Below are positions 48,560 to 61,038 of a stretch of DNA of 64,000 nt, piece after piece. Origin of the DNA: Mustelus asterias (Eukaryota); NCBI RefSeq assembly GCF_964213995.1, contig NC_135802.1, positions 42,842,001 through 42,906,000 on the forward strand, read 5' to 3'. The notes beneath the pieces were generated by a model. It did no database searches, was not told where the DNA came from, and saw only the letters and a list, made by a program, of their open reading frames with translations. The position numbers and the translations under genes are program-made. The stretch's first letter is position 1. The number at the start of each line of letters is the position of its first letter.

Positions 48560-49205
48560 GCTATTTAGTACATTGTATTTTTGCAGCTCACAATACAGTC
48601 TCCTCTACACTGGGAAAATCAAATGCAAGATTGGGTGACCATTCTGTGGAATATCTCAATCGAGCATGACCCCAAGCATCCAATTTCCTGTCCTTTTAAT
48701 ACTCCACTGCACTCGCACTCTGTCCTAGGCCTTCTCCACTATTTCAGTGAAGCCTGAGGAACAATACTTTATCTTCTTGGTCAGGCATTTTACAGCCTTC
48801 TGGACTCGACACTGAGTTCAACAGTTTCAGATCATAACTTCTACCTCCTCTTTTCAAAGGGCAGCTATTGGTAATGATTCTGCTATTCCCATTGACTCCT
48901 CCTTTGGACCCACCTTCTGTTTCTGTAATTCACCCATTACCATTCCCTTTTGCCTTTGCACCATCACCTGTTTTGTCATTTAACCCCTCCTGCCAATCGC
49001 AGACCTTCGATTTTGTTCTTTCCCCCTTCCCCATTTTTTCTGCTTCTGTACTTGTTTAAAATCTACTATATCTCTTATTTGTTTCCACTACTAATTAAAG
49101 GTTGTTGGCGAGAAACATTTACTCCACGAACGCTGCCTTATCTGCTCAGCATTCCCAGCATTTTTTATTTGTTTCAAATTTCCAGCATCCACAGTATACT
49201 TTTGT
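48560..49205 (+). mobile_element. Old Penelope-like 3' remnant
   Basis: ctcctctacactgggaaaatcaaatgcaagattgggtgac is a decayed LLYIG.TK.RLGD; ends in a family-B-like pseudo-LTR. Confidence 0.55.
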
Positions 49206-49227
49206 ACAAAATGTGTTTTAAGTCTCT

Positions 49228-49565
49228 TAGAATCCTTACAGTGCAGAAAGAGGCCGTTCAGCCCATCGAATCTGCACCGACAACAATCCCACCCAGGCCC
49301 TATCCCCGTCACCCCACATATTTACCCCACTAATCCCTCTAAACTATGCATCCTGGGACACCAAGGGGCAATTTAGCATGGTCAATCAACCTATCCCAAC
49401 ACATCTTTGGAGTGTGGGAGGAAACCAGAGCACCCGGTGGAAACCCACACAGACACGGGGAGAACATGCAAACTCCGCACAGACTGTGAGCCAAGCCGGG
49501 GATTGAACCCAGGTCCCTGGAGCTGTGAGGCAGCATTACTAACAACTGTGCCAACATGCCGCCCT
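49228..49565 (-). mobile_element. HE1-like V-SINE
   Basis: Reverse consensus copy. Confidence 0.85.
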
Positions 49566-50384
49566 AAGGTCCTTTGAATGGTTCCCATTGTTCCTCTTCA
49601 ATGGTCCACGTCCAGTTAAATCTGGAGTGCACTCATTTTTGTTTTATTTCCCACCACTAATGATGTCCCTGAATATGTCTGAGCCTGAACCTTGTGCTGT
49701 GAATAAATTTGCATTTGAAGAATTTACTCTTTAATTTTTCGAGTAAGATTGGCAGCAATTCTTAACCATCTAGAGCTGACTTGGAAACATCAACAAAAGT
49801 CATCCAGACTTTGCCACTTCCTCTTCTGCAAGTATCAACTGATGTGTAACTGCATGACTTGAATATTTGATTCAAATGTACAGATACACAGCTGTCAGTA
49901 AGACATGTCTTATTCTGGGGATAGGAGCCACACTCTCTTCTGTTCCCCCATTAGATTATAGATTCATAGACATCAAAGGAGGCCATTCAACCCTTTGTGT
50001 CCGTGCCAGTCAACAAAGATTTGATTACACTAATCCTATTTTTCAGCGCTTGGCCCATTGCCCTGGATGCCACGGCTATGTGAATATCTAAATACTTCTC
50101 AAATGTTACAAGGGTTTCTAACTCAACCACCATTTTTTGCAAAAATATACCTTATTCATAAAATATCTGGAAGAACTTTACCAACATTTCAAAGTGGCCA
50201 TCACGCAAAGTGCAATAATATTCAGGTTTCTGACATAGATCATGTTGCACTCTCAGGTGCTTCAATACAGTCAGAGACATGACAGACATATCAAATTGGT
50301 CATTACAAATGGTGCGATGGTACTTAAATTGTATATGTAGATCAAGTTGCACTCTGAGATGCTTCCATACAATTGGGCAGTGAG

Positions 50385-50660
50385 TTTCAGACTCCCACGA
50401 CCCTCTGGGTGAAAAGATTTCTCCTCAACTCCCCTCTTAGCCTTCTACCTCTTACCCTAAATTGATGCCTCCTAGTTATTGACCCCTCTACTAATGGAAA
50501 AAGTGCCTTCCTATTCACCCTATCTATGCCCCTCATAATCATATACACCTCTATCAGGTCCCCTCTCAACCTTCACTACTCGAAGGAAAACAGCCCCAGC
50601 CTACCCAATCTTTCCTCATAGCTTAGACCCTCCAGCCCAAGGGGCATCCTGGATAATCTT
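50385..50660 (-). mobile_element. CR1 3' fragment
   Basis: RGDLIEVYMIMRGIDRV...FTQRVV. Confidence 0.85.
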
Positions 50661-51146
50661 CCAATTCAGTGGGAGATTTGAATGTATGAATGTATGCTGC
50701 TTCGAGCAAATGTAATTGAGCTACATTACGAGCTTAACAGATTACCTTAACTTGGTTGTTAGTGTAGCTATCAGCGCACTCAGCCATGTTCAGCAAGTGT
50801 GGCCCATAGCAGAATCCATCTAATAGTAGACATTTTGTTTTGAGTTTTACAAACACGGGCTGGTTGAGTACGATTTGTACTCCTCCTGTTCCAAACAACC
50901 AAAGAAACATGCTGTTTCATTTCATCAGGCAGTTGCTGGGATTTATGGCCTACATACCTGACATCTTACCAGCACTGAAATTCATACACAACATTACTCA
51001 ATTGTGTAATCGGCAGAATGCCATCTTGGACTAACAGCAGCTTCCTGTTAGTGGAAAATACCATTCGTGCAGCCACTGCACAGTAGCAGCTTGCTTAACC
51101 TGTTGTTCAGATTTTTGAGATACTTTGCCTTTCCTGGGTAATTTGT

Positions 51147-51265
51147 GGTAAACACAGTAAGAAGTCTAACAACACCAGGTTAAAGTCCAACCAGAGGACT
51201 TTAACCTGGTGTTGTTAGACTTCTTACTGTGTTTACCCCAGTCCAACGCCGGCATCTCCACATCA
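51147..51265. mobile_element. Penelope pseudo-LTR fold-back insertion (family A)
   Basis: Perfect 42-bp inverted repeat 51147-51188/51196-51237 with a 7-nt loop; 12-bp TSD taatttgtggta (51139-51150, 51266-51277). Confidence 0.88.
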
Positions 51266-52362
51266 TAATTTGTGGTAGACAGGGCACTATTCAAGTTTGG
51301 AAGTTATGGCCTTTGGTCCATTTGCGAGTCTGCATGACACGCAGTGAACAATGATATGATCAGGATAGCCAGTGCCCTGAGAGTATCTCCATTCCACCCC
51401 TACCTTCTCCAGACTAAAATATGGTGAGCAGAGGCCATTTTAAAGGAGATGGGTCTGTTGACCTTCTACCTTCCTCGATAAAAATCCAGCCATTACTTGG
51501 GTTTCTCCATGGCAAGGGCCAATGGACGCAAGGGTCACCTTTTGGATAGCAGTTCCTACTGCCTATTGTGAGGCCCACCCAAAGATCTCGCTGATTTTCC
51601 TGGCACGGCCAATACATTCTCAGCAGAAAATGGGGTGGACAACAGAGGAAAACCATCTTCAGGTTTGATATTCCTAGCAATATTGTAAAAACATCCAAAA
51701 AAACAGATTTATGATTTCTCCAAAAATAGCAATCAGAGAAAATCTTCCCACTATGTTTATGATGTTGCTGACACATAGCAGGCAGAGAAATTGTTCCACC
51801 CAGATAGAAACAAAATCCTGCAAAACAGAAAGACAGCTGCGTATCCTAAATGGCTTTCCTACTCGTAGGAAATGTCAAATGAGACTCAACTCAAATCCAT
51901 CTTTCATGATTAAGACTTTGTTTTGACAAGAATGCAACATGCAGATGTCATAGCACCTCGGGAAATCAAACGTAAGTACAGATATTTAGTTCTGCATGCT
52001 TGCAAATGGAAAAAATTGTATATAGAGAAATGTCAAAGCACAACGTAGCTACAAAAATCAAACTAAGTCATTATGAGGAATTAATCCTTTATGTTTATGA
52101 TTCAGCAAAGCTAATGATTTGAATGTCTTGTCCTTGTGCTGGTGCATGAGTTTAGATTGGATGAGCCCTTGCAATTGACAAGGTACCTGGCCCGCCACAG
52201 ATGCAGGCCAGAAAATTGCAGCCAATCCATAATTTTCTGATCCTCACTCAGTGACCCAGGTATGGGCAAATGCTGAGAGACCCTAAGCTTGGCATGAGTT
52301 ATTGCCCTCTTTCTCGGTATATCAAAGACAAGGAGCTCCTACTCCCATACCCCACATAGTGA

Positions 52363-52672
52363 AAGAATCCCTACAGTACAGAAGGAAGCCATTCTGCCCA
52401 TCGAGCCTGCACCGACAACAATCCCACCCAGGCCCTATTCCTGTAACCCCACGTATTTACCTTGCTAACCCTCCTAACATTAAGGGGCAATTTAGCATGG
52501 CCAATCAACCTAACCTGCACATCTTTTGAGTGTGGGAGGAAACTGGGGCGCCCGGAGGAAACCCAGACACGGGGAGAACATGCAAGCTCCACACAGAAGT
52601 CCCCGAGGCCAGAAATGAACCCAGGTTCCTGGCACTGTGAGGCAGCAGTGCTAACCACTGTGCCACCATGCT
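52363..52672 (-). mobile_element. HE1-like V-SINE
   Basis: Reverse consensus copy. Confidence 0.85.
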
Positions 52673-53356
52673 GCTGATGATAATCACCCCAGATACAGCA
52701 GAACTTCAAACCTACAAAGTCATCGGAGTTACATGAGATTTCTTTGCTTCTGTAAGCCGCTCCCAAGTTTAATTGTTTTGAGATAAGATGCAATCTGCAT
52801 TTTCTTTTAAGATTAAGAAATTAAATGGAAAGCAATTTAAAGGTAACCAGCCTGTCTGAAAGGTTGTATTTATTTGAGTCCAGGCACACTTGCACCCGGA
52901 GAGCTCAGGCTAGCTTGTCAGCAGAATGTTCTTAATTGCTTTTAAGCACATCCCCTGACTGCATATAGGATGCAAAATTCCTTATTACATGCACCATTCA
53001 CCTCTTCCCTGCAGTTACTGTGAGATGCTGTCTTAAGGACAGAACAGCTTCTTCCCTGCTGCCATTAGACTTTTGAATGGACCTACCTTGCATCAAGTTG
53101 ATCTTTCTCTACACCCTATCTATGACTGTAATACTACATTCTGCACCCTCTCCTTTCCTTCTCTATGAACGGAATGCTTTGTCTGTACAAGCGCACAAGA
53201 AACAATACATTTCACTGTATACTAATACATGTGACAATAATAAATCAAATCAAATCAAAAACTGTGGAAGATGCATCTGGGATAACTGAAAGGGAGCTTT
53301 TCTTTCAGCAGGACCGTAATATTGGGCTGTTTCACTAACTTGCATCTTCGTATAGG

Positions 53357-53920
53357 ACATAAGAACATAAGAACTAGGAGCAGGAGTAGGCCATCTGGCC
53401 CCTCGAGCCTGCTCCACCATTCAATAAGATCATGGCTGATCTTTTTGTGGACTCAGCTCCACTTACCTGCCCGCTCACCATAACCCTTAATTCCTTTACT
53501 GTTCAAAAATTTATCTATCTTTGCCTTAAAAACATTCAATGAGGTAGCCTCAACTGCTTTACTGGCAGGGAATTCCACAGATTCACAACCCTTTGTGTGA
53601 AGAAGTTCCTCCTCAACTCAGTCCTAAATCTGCTCCCTCTTATTTTGAGGCCATGCCCCCTAGTTCTAGTTTCACCCGCCAGTGGAAACAACTTCCCTGC
53701 TTCTGCCTTATCTATTCCCTTCATAATCTTATATGTTTCTATAAGATCTCCCCTCATTTTTCTGAATTCCAATGAGTATAGCCCCAGTCTACTCAGTCTC
53801 TCCTCATAAACCAACCCTCTCAACTCCGGAATCAACCTAGTGAATCTCCTCTGAATCCCCTCCAGTGCCAGTATATCCTTTCTCAAGTAAGGAGACCAAA
53901 ACTGTACACAGTACTCCAGG
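53357..53920 (-). mobile_element. CR1 3' fragment (same subfamily as 1489-2554)
   Basis: LEYCVQFWSPYLRKDILALE...; (acataaga)n tail seen on the plus strand. Confidence 0.93.
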
Positions 53921-55087
53921 CTTGTACGCCAGGACAAACAGATTTAAAACATTAAGTGAGTGGTTTTGAATAGCTCTCGACCCCACCCCTGCTAATGGTC
54001 CCTCTAACTGCAAGACAGGGATCGGCATATCCTTTCCCCAACTCTGAGCCAATGGAACAATTCCACTGTCCTCATCCCTGGAGCCAGCTGCTCATATGTA
54101 ACCAGTTTACTTGCAGCTCCTCCCTTCCTGTGCACAACATACCACATATTTCAAAGCAATCCAAAGAACCAACGAGCACACATTAAGAAAATGCACAGCT
54201 AAACTGTAAATAAGAATGTTCCAAGTGAAGCAAGGTAAACTAAATGCACATTTAATAACGGTGGGGAGGAGGAATTTAACAGAATTTTACATTAAATCCA
54301 GACCTCAGGAGCAAGATTTGATATTCCGAGCACATATTGTACAAGCTTCCAAAAATAACATTTTTGATATAGGACTGTCATGAAGTATGAGAATCACCCC
54401 TTGTCTCAGTATTACCGAGTTCAGGGAAAAGGCTACACTTCCTCAGATACAGGACAAATCTATTCCTGATTTCATTTGTGCCCCAACTCCATAAGAACTT
54501 AAAATAGGAGTGTGGTGTCTGGGCGAGGATTTGCTCTCAAAGAGTGGGACTTATTGACTGATTTGCTTTAATACATTGGAATAATTTTTTTAGCATACAT
54601 ATGCAATTCATGATAGGCCTCTGTGATGGGATAAGTGAAGTGAATAATGGAAAACTGGGTGGGTCGGAGGACATGCTGGTAATGGAAAATGCCTAATTTT
54701 CCTCAAACCTCTGTGGATTTTATGGATGAATAAAGCTGGGGAATGCTGATAAAAAGGTATAGACTTCAACAATGATGTGTAGCCTCCATCAACCACAACT
54801 CCTTCCACAAATCTCTCATGCGTCAGAATTAATTTGACCACAGTCCTCAGAGACGGGAAGCTGGTTAAGGGATGTGTTGGTGCAATGTTATATATGCAAC
54901 TAATCTCAAGAATTTCTCCAATTTCTTTTTGCATTTTTACTGACCCAAAGCTGTTCCTCAGAGCACTTTCTTAATTATCCAAGCTCCTGAATGTAGGTTC
55001 CCAATTATTATGACTCTTTGCACACGCATGCATTATACTCCACTTCACTGTTGGCTCTACAGTTCTGCTGGCGTGCACTGACATTAG

Positions 55088-56039
55088 GGGCCTCATTTTA
55101 CCATCAAGTTGCACCTGTTTTTGGGCACAAAAACTTGGTCAAGTCAGGCATGAGGCGAATAGTGCGATCCGCACCCACCTCCGCGCCAATTCCCCCTTTA
55201 CCTTTGCCAAGGCCTGAAAATGGCCACGATCGGGACCGCGTCCGAAACGTTTGCGACGGCCATTTAAATGCATTTGCATGCATTTAAATTGACTTAATGG
55301 GCTGCACGCCCAACCTTACCGGCACTTCCCCCTTTACCACTGCGTTTGCCCATCCAGAATCGGCGTGAATCAGACACACTCCACAAAAGTCTGATTTGGG
55401 TGGCTCCAGTTAGTGAAGAGGTAAGTGCCAAGTGTCCGACGGCTCTCTGCTTGAGATCAATTGCGGGGGGGGGGGTGGGGGGGGAGGTTGGTCCGACGGT
55501 TCTCTGCTTGAGATTAGTGCGTTGGTCTGCTGCCACTCTGCCTGAGATCAATGGGGTGAATGGGGGGTCCTCTGCCATTCTGCCTATGATCAGTGGGGGG
55601 GGGGGGGGAGAGGGGGTCCGCTGCCACTCTGCCTGAGATCGTTGGAGGGGGAAGGGGAGAGAGGCCCATGATCGGTCTGGGTGGCAGGGTGGGTGTGGGG
55701 GATAAGGGGGTCATTAATGTTGTGCGAATGGGGCAATGTCTGTGGGGCCCAGGGGGAGGCATTATCCGGCCCGGGAGGGATGTGGCTGGGGAGCCACATT
55801 CTATCATTTTCTTTCTGCGCCTGTGCGGTTGAAGGCGCCGATCAGAGCTGCAGGATTTCGGGAGCGTTAAGCCCCACCCACGGGCTTCTGCAGCACGATT
55901 CGGAATCGCTGATATTTTTTCAGGCAGAGTGCACATGGGGGCACCTGTGAATGGGTCTAAAAGTCGGATCTGAAGTCGGTTGAAACTCCCAGTTTCAAGT
56001 CCGCCCAGCACTTGGAAACAAAATGATAAAATAGGGCGC
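55088..56039. mobile_element. About 950-bp non-autonomous PIF/Harbinger-like DNA transposon
   Basis: TIRs gggcctcattttacca / tgataaaatagggcgc; 3-bp TSD TAG; inverted homolog at 61039-62133. Confidence 0.8.
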
Positions 56040-56244
56040 TAGATATCTATGTTTCAATTGAGAATTCCACTCATGCTTGGCTCTTTGCTCCTTCCTAGTC
56101 CTTTGAATCTCCTAAAATAGTAAATACCTAATCTATATCATCCAGATAAAAGCAAAATACTGCAGATGCTGGAATCTGAAACAAAAACAGAAAATGCTGG
56201 AAAATCTCAGCAGGTGTGACAGCATCTGTGGAGATAGAATAGAG

Positions 56245-57063
56245 TAAGAAGTCTCACAACACCAGGTTAAAGTCCAACAGGTTTATTTGGTAGCAAAAGC
56301 CACTAGCTTTCGGAGCGCTGCTCCTTCGTCAGGGAGTTCTGTTCACAAACAGGGCATATAAAGACACGAACTCAATTTACAGAATAATGGTTGGAATGCG
56401 AGTCTTTACAGATAATCAAGTCTTAAAGGTTCAGACAATGTGAGTGGAGAGAGCGTTAAGCACAGGTTAAAGAGATGTGTATTGTCTCCAGACAGGACAG
56501 TTAGTGAGATTTTGCAAGTCCAGGCAAGTCGTGGGGGTTACAGATAGTGTGACATGCACCCAAGATCCCGGTTGAGGCCATCCTCACGTGTGCGGAACTT
56601 GGCTATCAGTCTCTGCTCAGCGACTCTGCGCTGTTGTGTATCATGAAGGCCGCCTTGGAGAATGCTTACCCGAAGGTCAGAGGCCGAATGCCCGTGACCG
56701 CTGAAGTGTTCCCCAACAGGAAGAGAACATTCTTGCCTGGTGATTGTCGAGCGGTGTTCATTCATCCGTTGTCGTAGCGTCTGCATGGTCTCCCCAATGT
56801 ACCATGCCTCGGGACATCCTTTCCTGCAGGATTTAAGACTTGATTACCTGTAAAGACTCACATTCCAGTCATTATTTTGTAAATTGAGTTTATATGCCCT
56901 GTTTGTGAACAGAACTCCCACTCACCTGACGAAGGGGCAGCGCTCCGAAAGCTAGTGGCTTTTGCTACCAAATAAACCTGTTGGACTTTAACCTGGTGTT
57001 GTGAGACTTCTTACTGTGTTTACCCCAGTCCAATGCCGGCATCTCCACATCATGACTGCCATC
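56245..57063 (-). mobile_element. 5'-truncated Penelope element (family A): GIY-YIG C-terminal half between inverted pseudo-LTRs
   Basis: Minus frame 56538-56828 CRKGCPEAWYIGETMQTLRQRMNEH...VGEHF...EQRLIAKF...GLN; about 185-bp inverted arms 56243-56427/56832-57015; 14-bp TSD gagatagaatagag (56231-56244, 57064-57077). Confidence 0.92.
56922..56958 (+). ncRNA. Minimal type I hammerhead ribozyme motif (mirror copy on the minus strand at 56300-56332)
   Basis: TCAC-CTGACGA-A-GGGGC-AGC-GCTCC-GAAA-GC-TA-GTGG. Confidence 0.6.
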
Positions 57064-57372
57064 GAGATAGAATAGAGCCAACGTTTCAAGTCTGGATGAC
57101 CTTTCATCAGCCCCGACAATTCTATTCTCTCTAAACAGATGCTGTCAGACCTGCTGAGATTTTCCAGCATTCAATTTGTGTCCATCGAAGTGTGCAGTGA
57201 TGACTGCCACGATGGGTCTGCTGGAGAATGCCAGGAGGGGCAAGTAGGAGAGGCTGTGCAGTTTTTCAAGGCAAATTCAAGCCTGGAGTGGTGGCAGGAA
57301 AGTGAATAGCGTATTGGTGATTGGTGCCAATTTTAACCTAACTCACCCAGCAAGCAGTTACAAATCACCTCC

Positions 57373-60066
57373 AAGAGAGGGGAGGGGGAGTGGCACTGTT
57401 GATCAGGGATAGTGTCACGGCTGTAGAGAAGGTGGACGCCGTGGAGGGATTGACTACGGAGTCTCTGTGGGTGGAGGTTAGGAACAGGAAGGGGTCGGTA
57501 ACTTTGCTGGGTGTTTTCTATAGGCCGCCCAATAGTAACAGAGATGTTGAGGAGCAGATGGGGAAACAGATCCTGGAGAGATGTAGGAATAACAGAGTTG
57601 TCGTGATGGGAGATTTTAATTTCCCAAACATAGATTGGAATATCCCTAGGGCTAGGGGTTTGGATGGAGAGGAGTTTGTTAGGTGTGTCCAGGAGAGTTT
57701 CCTGACACAGTATGTGGATAAGCCTACTAGAGGAGAGGCTGTACTTGATCTGGTGCTGGCTAATGAACCTGGACAGGTGGAGGATCTCTCGGTGGGTGAG
57801 CATCTTGGGGATAGCGATCATAATTCTATCTCCTTCACGATAGCATTGGAAAGAGATAGGATCAGGCAGGCTAGGAAAGTGTTTCTCTGGAGTAAAGGGA
57901 AATACAGTGTCATCAGGGAGGAAATTAGGCGGGTAAATTGGAAGGAGGCATTCTTGGGAAAAGTACCAAAGGAAAGTGGAGGATTTTCAAGGAATGTTTG
58001 TCTGGAGCTCTGCATGACAACGTTCCGATGAGACAGGGGGGTGTTGGTAGGGTACGGGAACCGTGGTGCACGAAGGTTGTGATGAACCTGGTGAATAAGA
58101 AAAGAGAGGCGTACAGAAGGTTCAGAGAGCTAGGAGGTGTTAAGGATTTAGAGGAGTATACGGGATGTAGGAAGGAGCTTAAGAAGGAAATTAGGAGAGC
58201 GAGAAGGGGTCATGAGAAGACCTTGGCGGGTAAGATTAAGGAGAATCCCAAGGCTTTCTACAAATATGTCAAGAGTAAAAGGATGAGATGTGAAGGCATA
58301 GGACCCTTAAAAGGTGAAGGGGGAAAAGTTTGTGCGGAACCGTTAGAAATGGCGGAGGTGCTTAATGAATACTTTACCTCGGTATTCACGGTGGAAAGGG
58401 ATCTGGGTGGTTGTACTGCTGGTTTGCGGTGGACAGAAAGGATCGAGCATGTGGACATAAAGAAAGAGGATGTGTTGGAACTATTGAATGGCATCAAGGT
58501 TGGTAAGTCGCCGGGACCGGATGGGATGTACCCCAGGTTACTGTGGGAGGCGAGGGAGGAGATTGCGGAGCCTTTGGCGATGATCTTTGCATCGTCGATG
58601 GAGACGGGAGAGGTTCCGGAGGATTGGAGGATTGCGGATGTGGTCCCTATATTCAAGAAAGGGAACAGGGACAGCCCGGGAAATTACCGACCGGTGAGTC
58701 TAACCTCAGTGGTTGGTAAGTTGATGGAGAGGATCCTGAGAGACAGGATTTATGATCATCTAGAGAAGTTTAGTATGATCAAAAGTAGTCAGCTCGGCTT
58801 TGTCAAGGGCAGGTCGTGCCTTACGAGCCTGGTTGAGTTCTTTGAAAATGTGACCAAACACATTGACGAAGGAAGAGCGGTGGATGTGGTCTATATGGAC
58901 TTCAGCAAGGCGTTCGATAAGGTCCCCCATGCAAGACTTCTTGAGAAAGTGAGAGGGCATGGGATCCAAGGGGCTGTTGCCTTGTGGATCCAGAACTGGC
59001 TTGCCTGCAGAAGGCAGAGAGTGGCTGTGGAGGGGTCTTTCTCTGCATGGAGGTCAGTGACCAGTGGAGTGCCCCAGGGATCTGTTCTGGGACCCTTGCT
59101 GTTTGTCATTTTCATAAATGACCTGGATGAGGAAGTGGAGGGATGGGTTGGTAAGTTTGCTGACGACACCAAGGTAGGTGGTGTTGTGGATAGTTTGGAG
59201 GGATGTCAGAAGTTGCAGCGAGACATAGATAGAATGCAAGACTGGGCGGAGAAGTGGCAGGTGGACTTCAACCCGGATAAGTGTGTAGTGATCCATTTTG
59301 GCAGATCCAATGGGATGAAGCAGCAGTATAATATGAAGGGTACCATTCTTAGCAGTGTAGAGGATCAGAAGGACCTTGGGGTCCGGGTCCATAGGACTCT
59401 TAAATCGGCCTCGCAGGTGGAGGATGCGGTCAAGAAGGCGTACGGCGTACTAGCCTTCATTAATCGAGGGATTGAGTTTAGGAGTCGGGAGATAATGCTG
59501 CAGCTTTATACGACCCTGGTTAGACCCCACTTGGAGTACTGCGCGCAGTTCTGGTCACCTCATTACAGGAAAGATGTTGAAGCCATTGAAAGGGTGCAGA
59601 GGAGATTTACAAGGATGTTGCCTGGATTGGGGGGCATGCCTTATGAGGATAGGTTGAGGGAGCTTGGTCTCTTCTCCCTGGAGAGACGAAGGATGAGAGG
59701 TGACCTGATAGAGGTTTACAAGATGTTGAGAGGTCTGGATAGGGTAGACTCTCAGAGGCTATTTCCAAGGGCTGAAATGGTTGCTACGAGAGGACACAGG
59801 TTTAAGGTGCTGGGGGGTAGGTACAGAGGAGATGTCAGGGGTAAGTTTTTCACTCAGAGGGTGGTGGGTGAGTGGAATCGGCTGACGTCGGTGGTGGTGG
59901 AGGCAAACTCGTTGGGGTCTTTTAAGAGACTTCTGGATGAGTACATGGGATTTAATGGGATTGAGGGCTATAGATAGGCCTAGAGGTAGGGATATGATCA
60001 GCGCAACTTGTGGGCCGAAGGGCCTGTTTGTGCTGTGGCTTTCTATGTTCTATGTTCTATGTTCTA
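57373..60066 (+). mobile_element. Young CR1 LINE, nearly complete ORF2 (APE endonuclease plus RT) with one frameshift
   Basis: GGGVALLI...ESLWVE...YRPP...MGDFN...SDH (57390 frame) continues into a 679-aa RT frame after a 1-nt slip near 57956-57963; (ttctatg)n tail. Confidence 0.96.
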
Positions 60067-60190
60067 CCACTCCTTTCCCAACAGAAACCCAGCACCATCA
60101 TTAACATTGGAGCTAATCCGGGTCACAAATGCACCTGCTGGAAACAGGCAAGTGCCTCAACCATTAGTTCAAATCAGGGTCATTCGGACC

Positions 60191-60424
60191 TGTAATAAAT
60201 TCACAGAGGCAAAAGTCCCTTCACCAGAATCCCCTTTATTTGCAATTCCAACCGTAGTATACATAGCGCTGTCAGTCAGCAGTCTACCTTCGGGAGTGCC
60301 AGAGGAACTGACACTCTTGGTTATATTATATAAAGTCTCCCTGATTGGCCCATAAATTGGCCCCTTAATCAGGGAGTTTGTATTCTAATAGGCTCACTTC
60401 AGTGGTCTGATTAAAGTCATTACA
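60191..60424 (-). mobile_element. 234-bp solo LTR
   Basis: TGTAAT...ATTACA termini; perfect 5-bp TSD ggacc (60186-60190, 60425-60429). Confidence 0.85.
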
Positions 60425-61038
60425 GGACCCAATGCAATTTTAGCTGGTGAGCCACAAGTCCCACTGAGCAACAAACCTGTTGAGTAAAATGTGGCGAGAT
60501 TGGCTTTAGAAACTGGGTAGTATGTAGAGCATATTTAAGGCAATTTTGAATCTGCCGTTTGCCTCTTTCCAATTTTTTCATAAAGGCCTCCACTCTATCC
60601 TTATCGAACTAGCGTGATCACCTCAGAACAATAATGTAAGTCCGTGACAGTTTCACTGGGAATTGTCACAGTTCCTTCATTCTGCACCGACTATCTATGT
60701 CTGCACTTTTCCAGCCATTAAAGAATATTAGAGGATGCATTCTAGGGAACAAGGAACACTGCTCCACAACCACATTATGTCTCAGCAACACAGGTGCAAT
60801 GGGACTACATGGACGATCATTTAGCATCTGAATGGCATTTTGAAGCAAAGGGCCAGATGTTTTGATTGCTCTGCAGGATTCCTACAATATGGCCCAAACA
60901 AAATAAGCTGTACCATTGTCATTGCTGCATTTTGCACCACTTTATGACCTGAATTGGAATTGGAGGAGACACATCAGCAAGAAGAATATCAGGACAGAAT
61001 ATATTTGCTCTCTTAATCAGTGTCTGTCTGTAATCAGT

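Larger units (their letters stand above)
56146..57171. mobile_element. Penelope family-B palindrome (outer) containing a family-A insertion
   Basis: aatgctggaaaatctcagcaggtgtgacagcatctgt (about 56193-56229) is inverted with about 57135-57171. Minus-strand hammerhead core CTGATGAAAGGTCATCCAGACTTGAAACGTT at about 57080-57110. Confidence 0.75.

Noticed and set aside
54608-54934. ORF with SCIYNIAP...R resembling the enkurin N-terminus
   Set aside because: Only a few matching residues, no GT donor where the first exon should end, wrong strand for a head-to-head arrangement, and no downstream enkurin exons found.
55294-56011. Gly/Pro-rich ORFs here and at 61160-61769
   Set aside because: Produced by G/C runs inside non-autonomous DNA transposons.
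60586-60635. Plus-strand exon-like segment (ag|...|gtaagt)
   Set aside because: Stops in all three frames and no partner exons identified.
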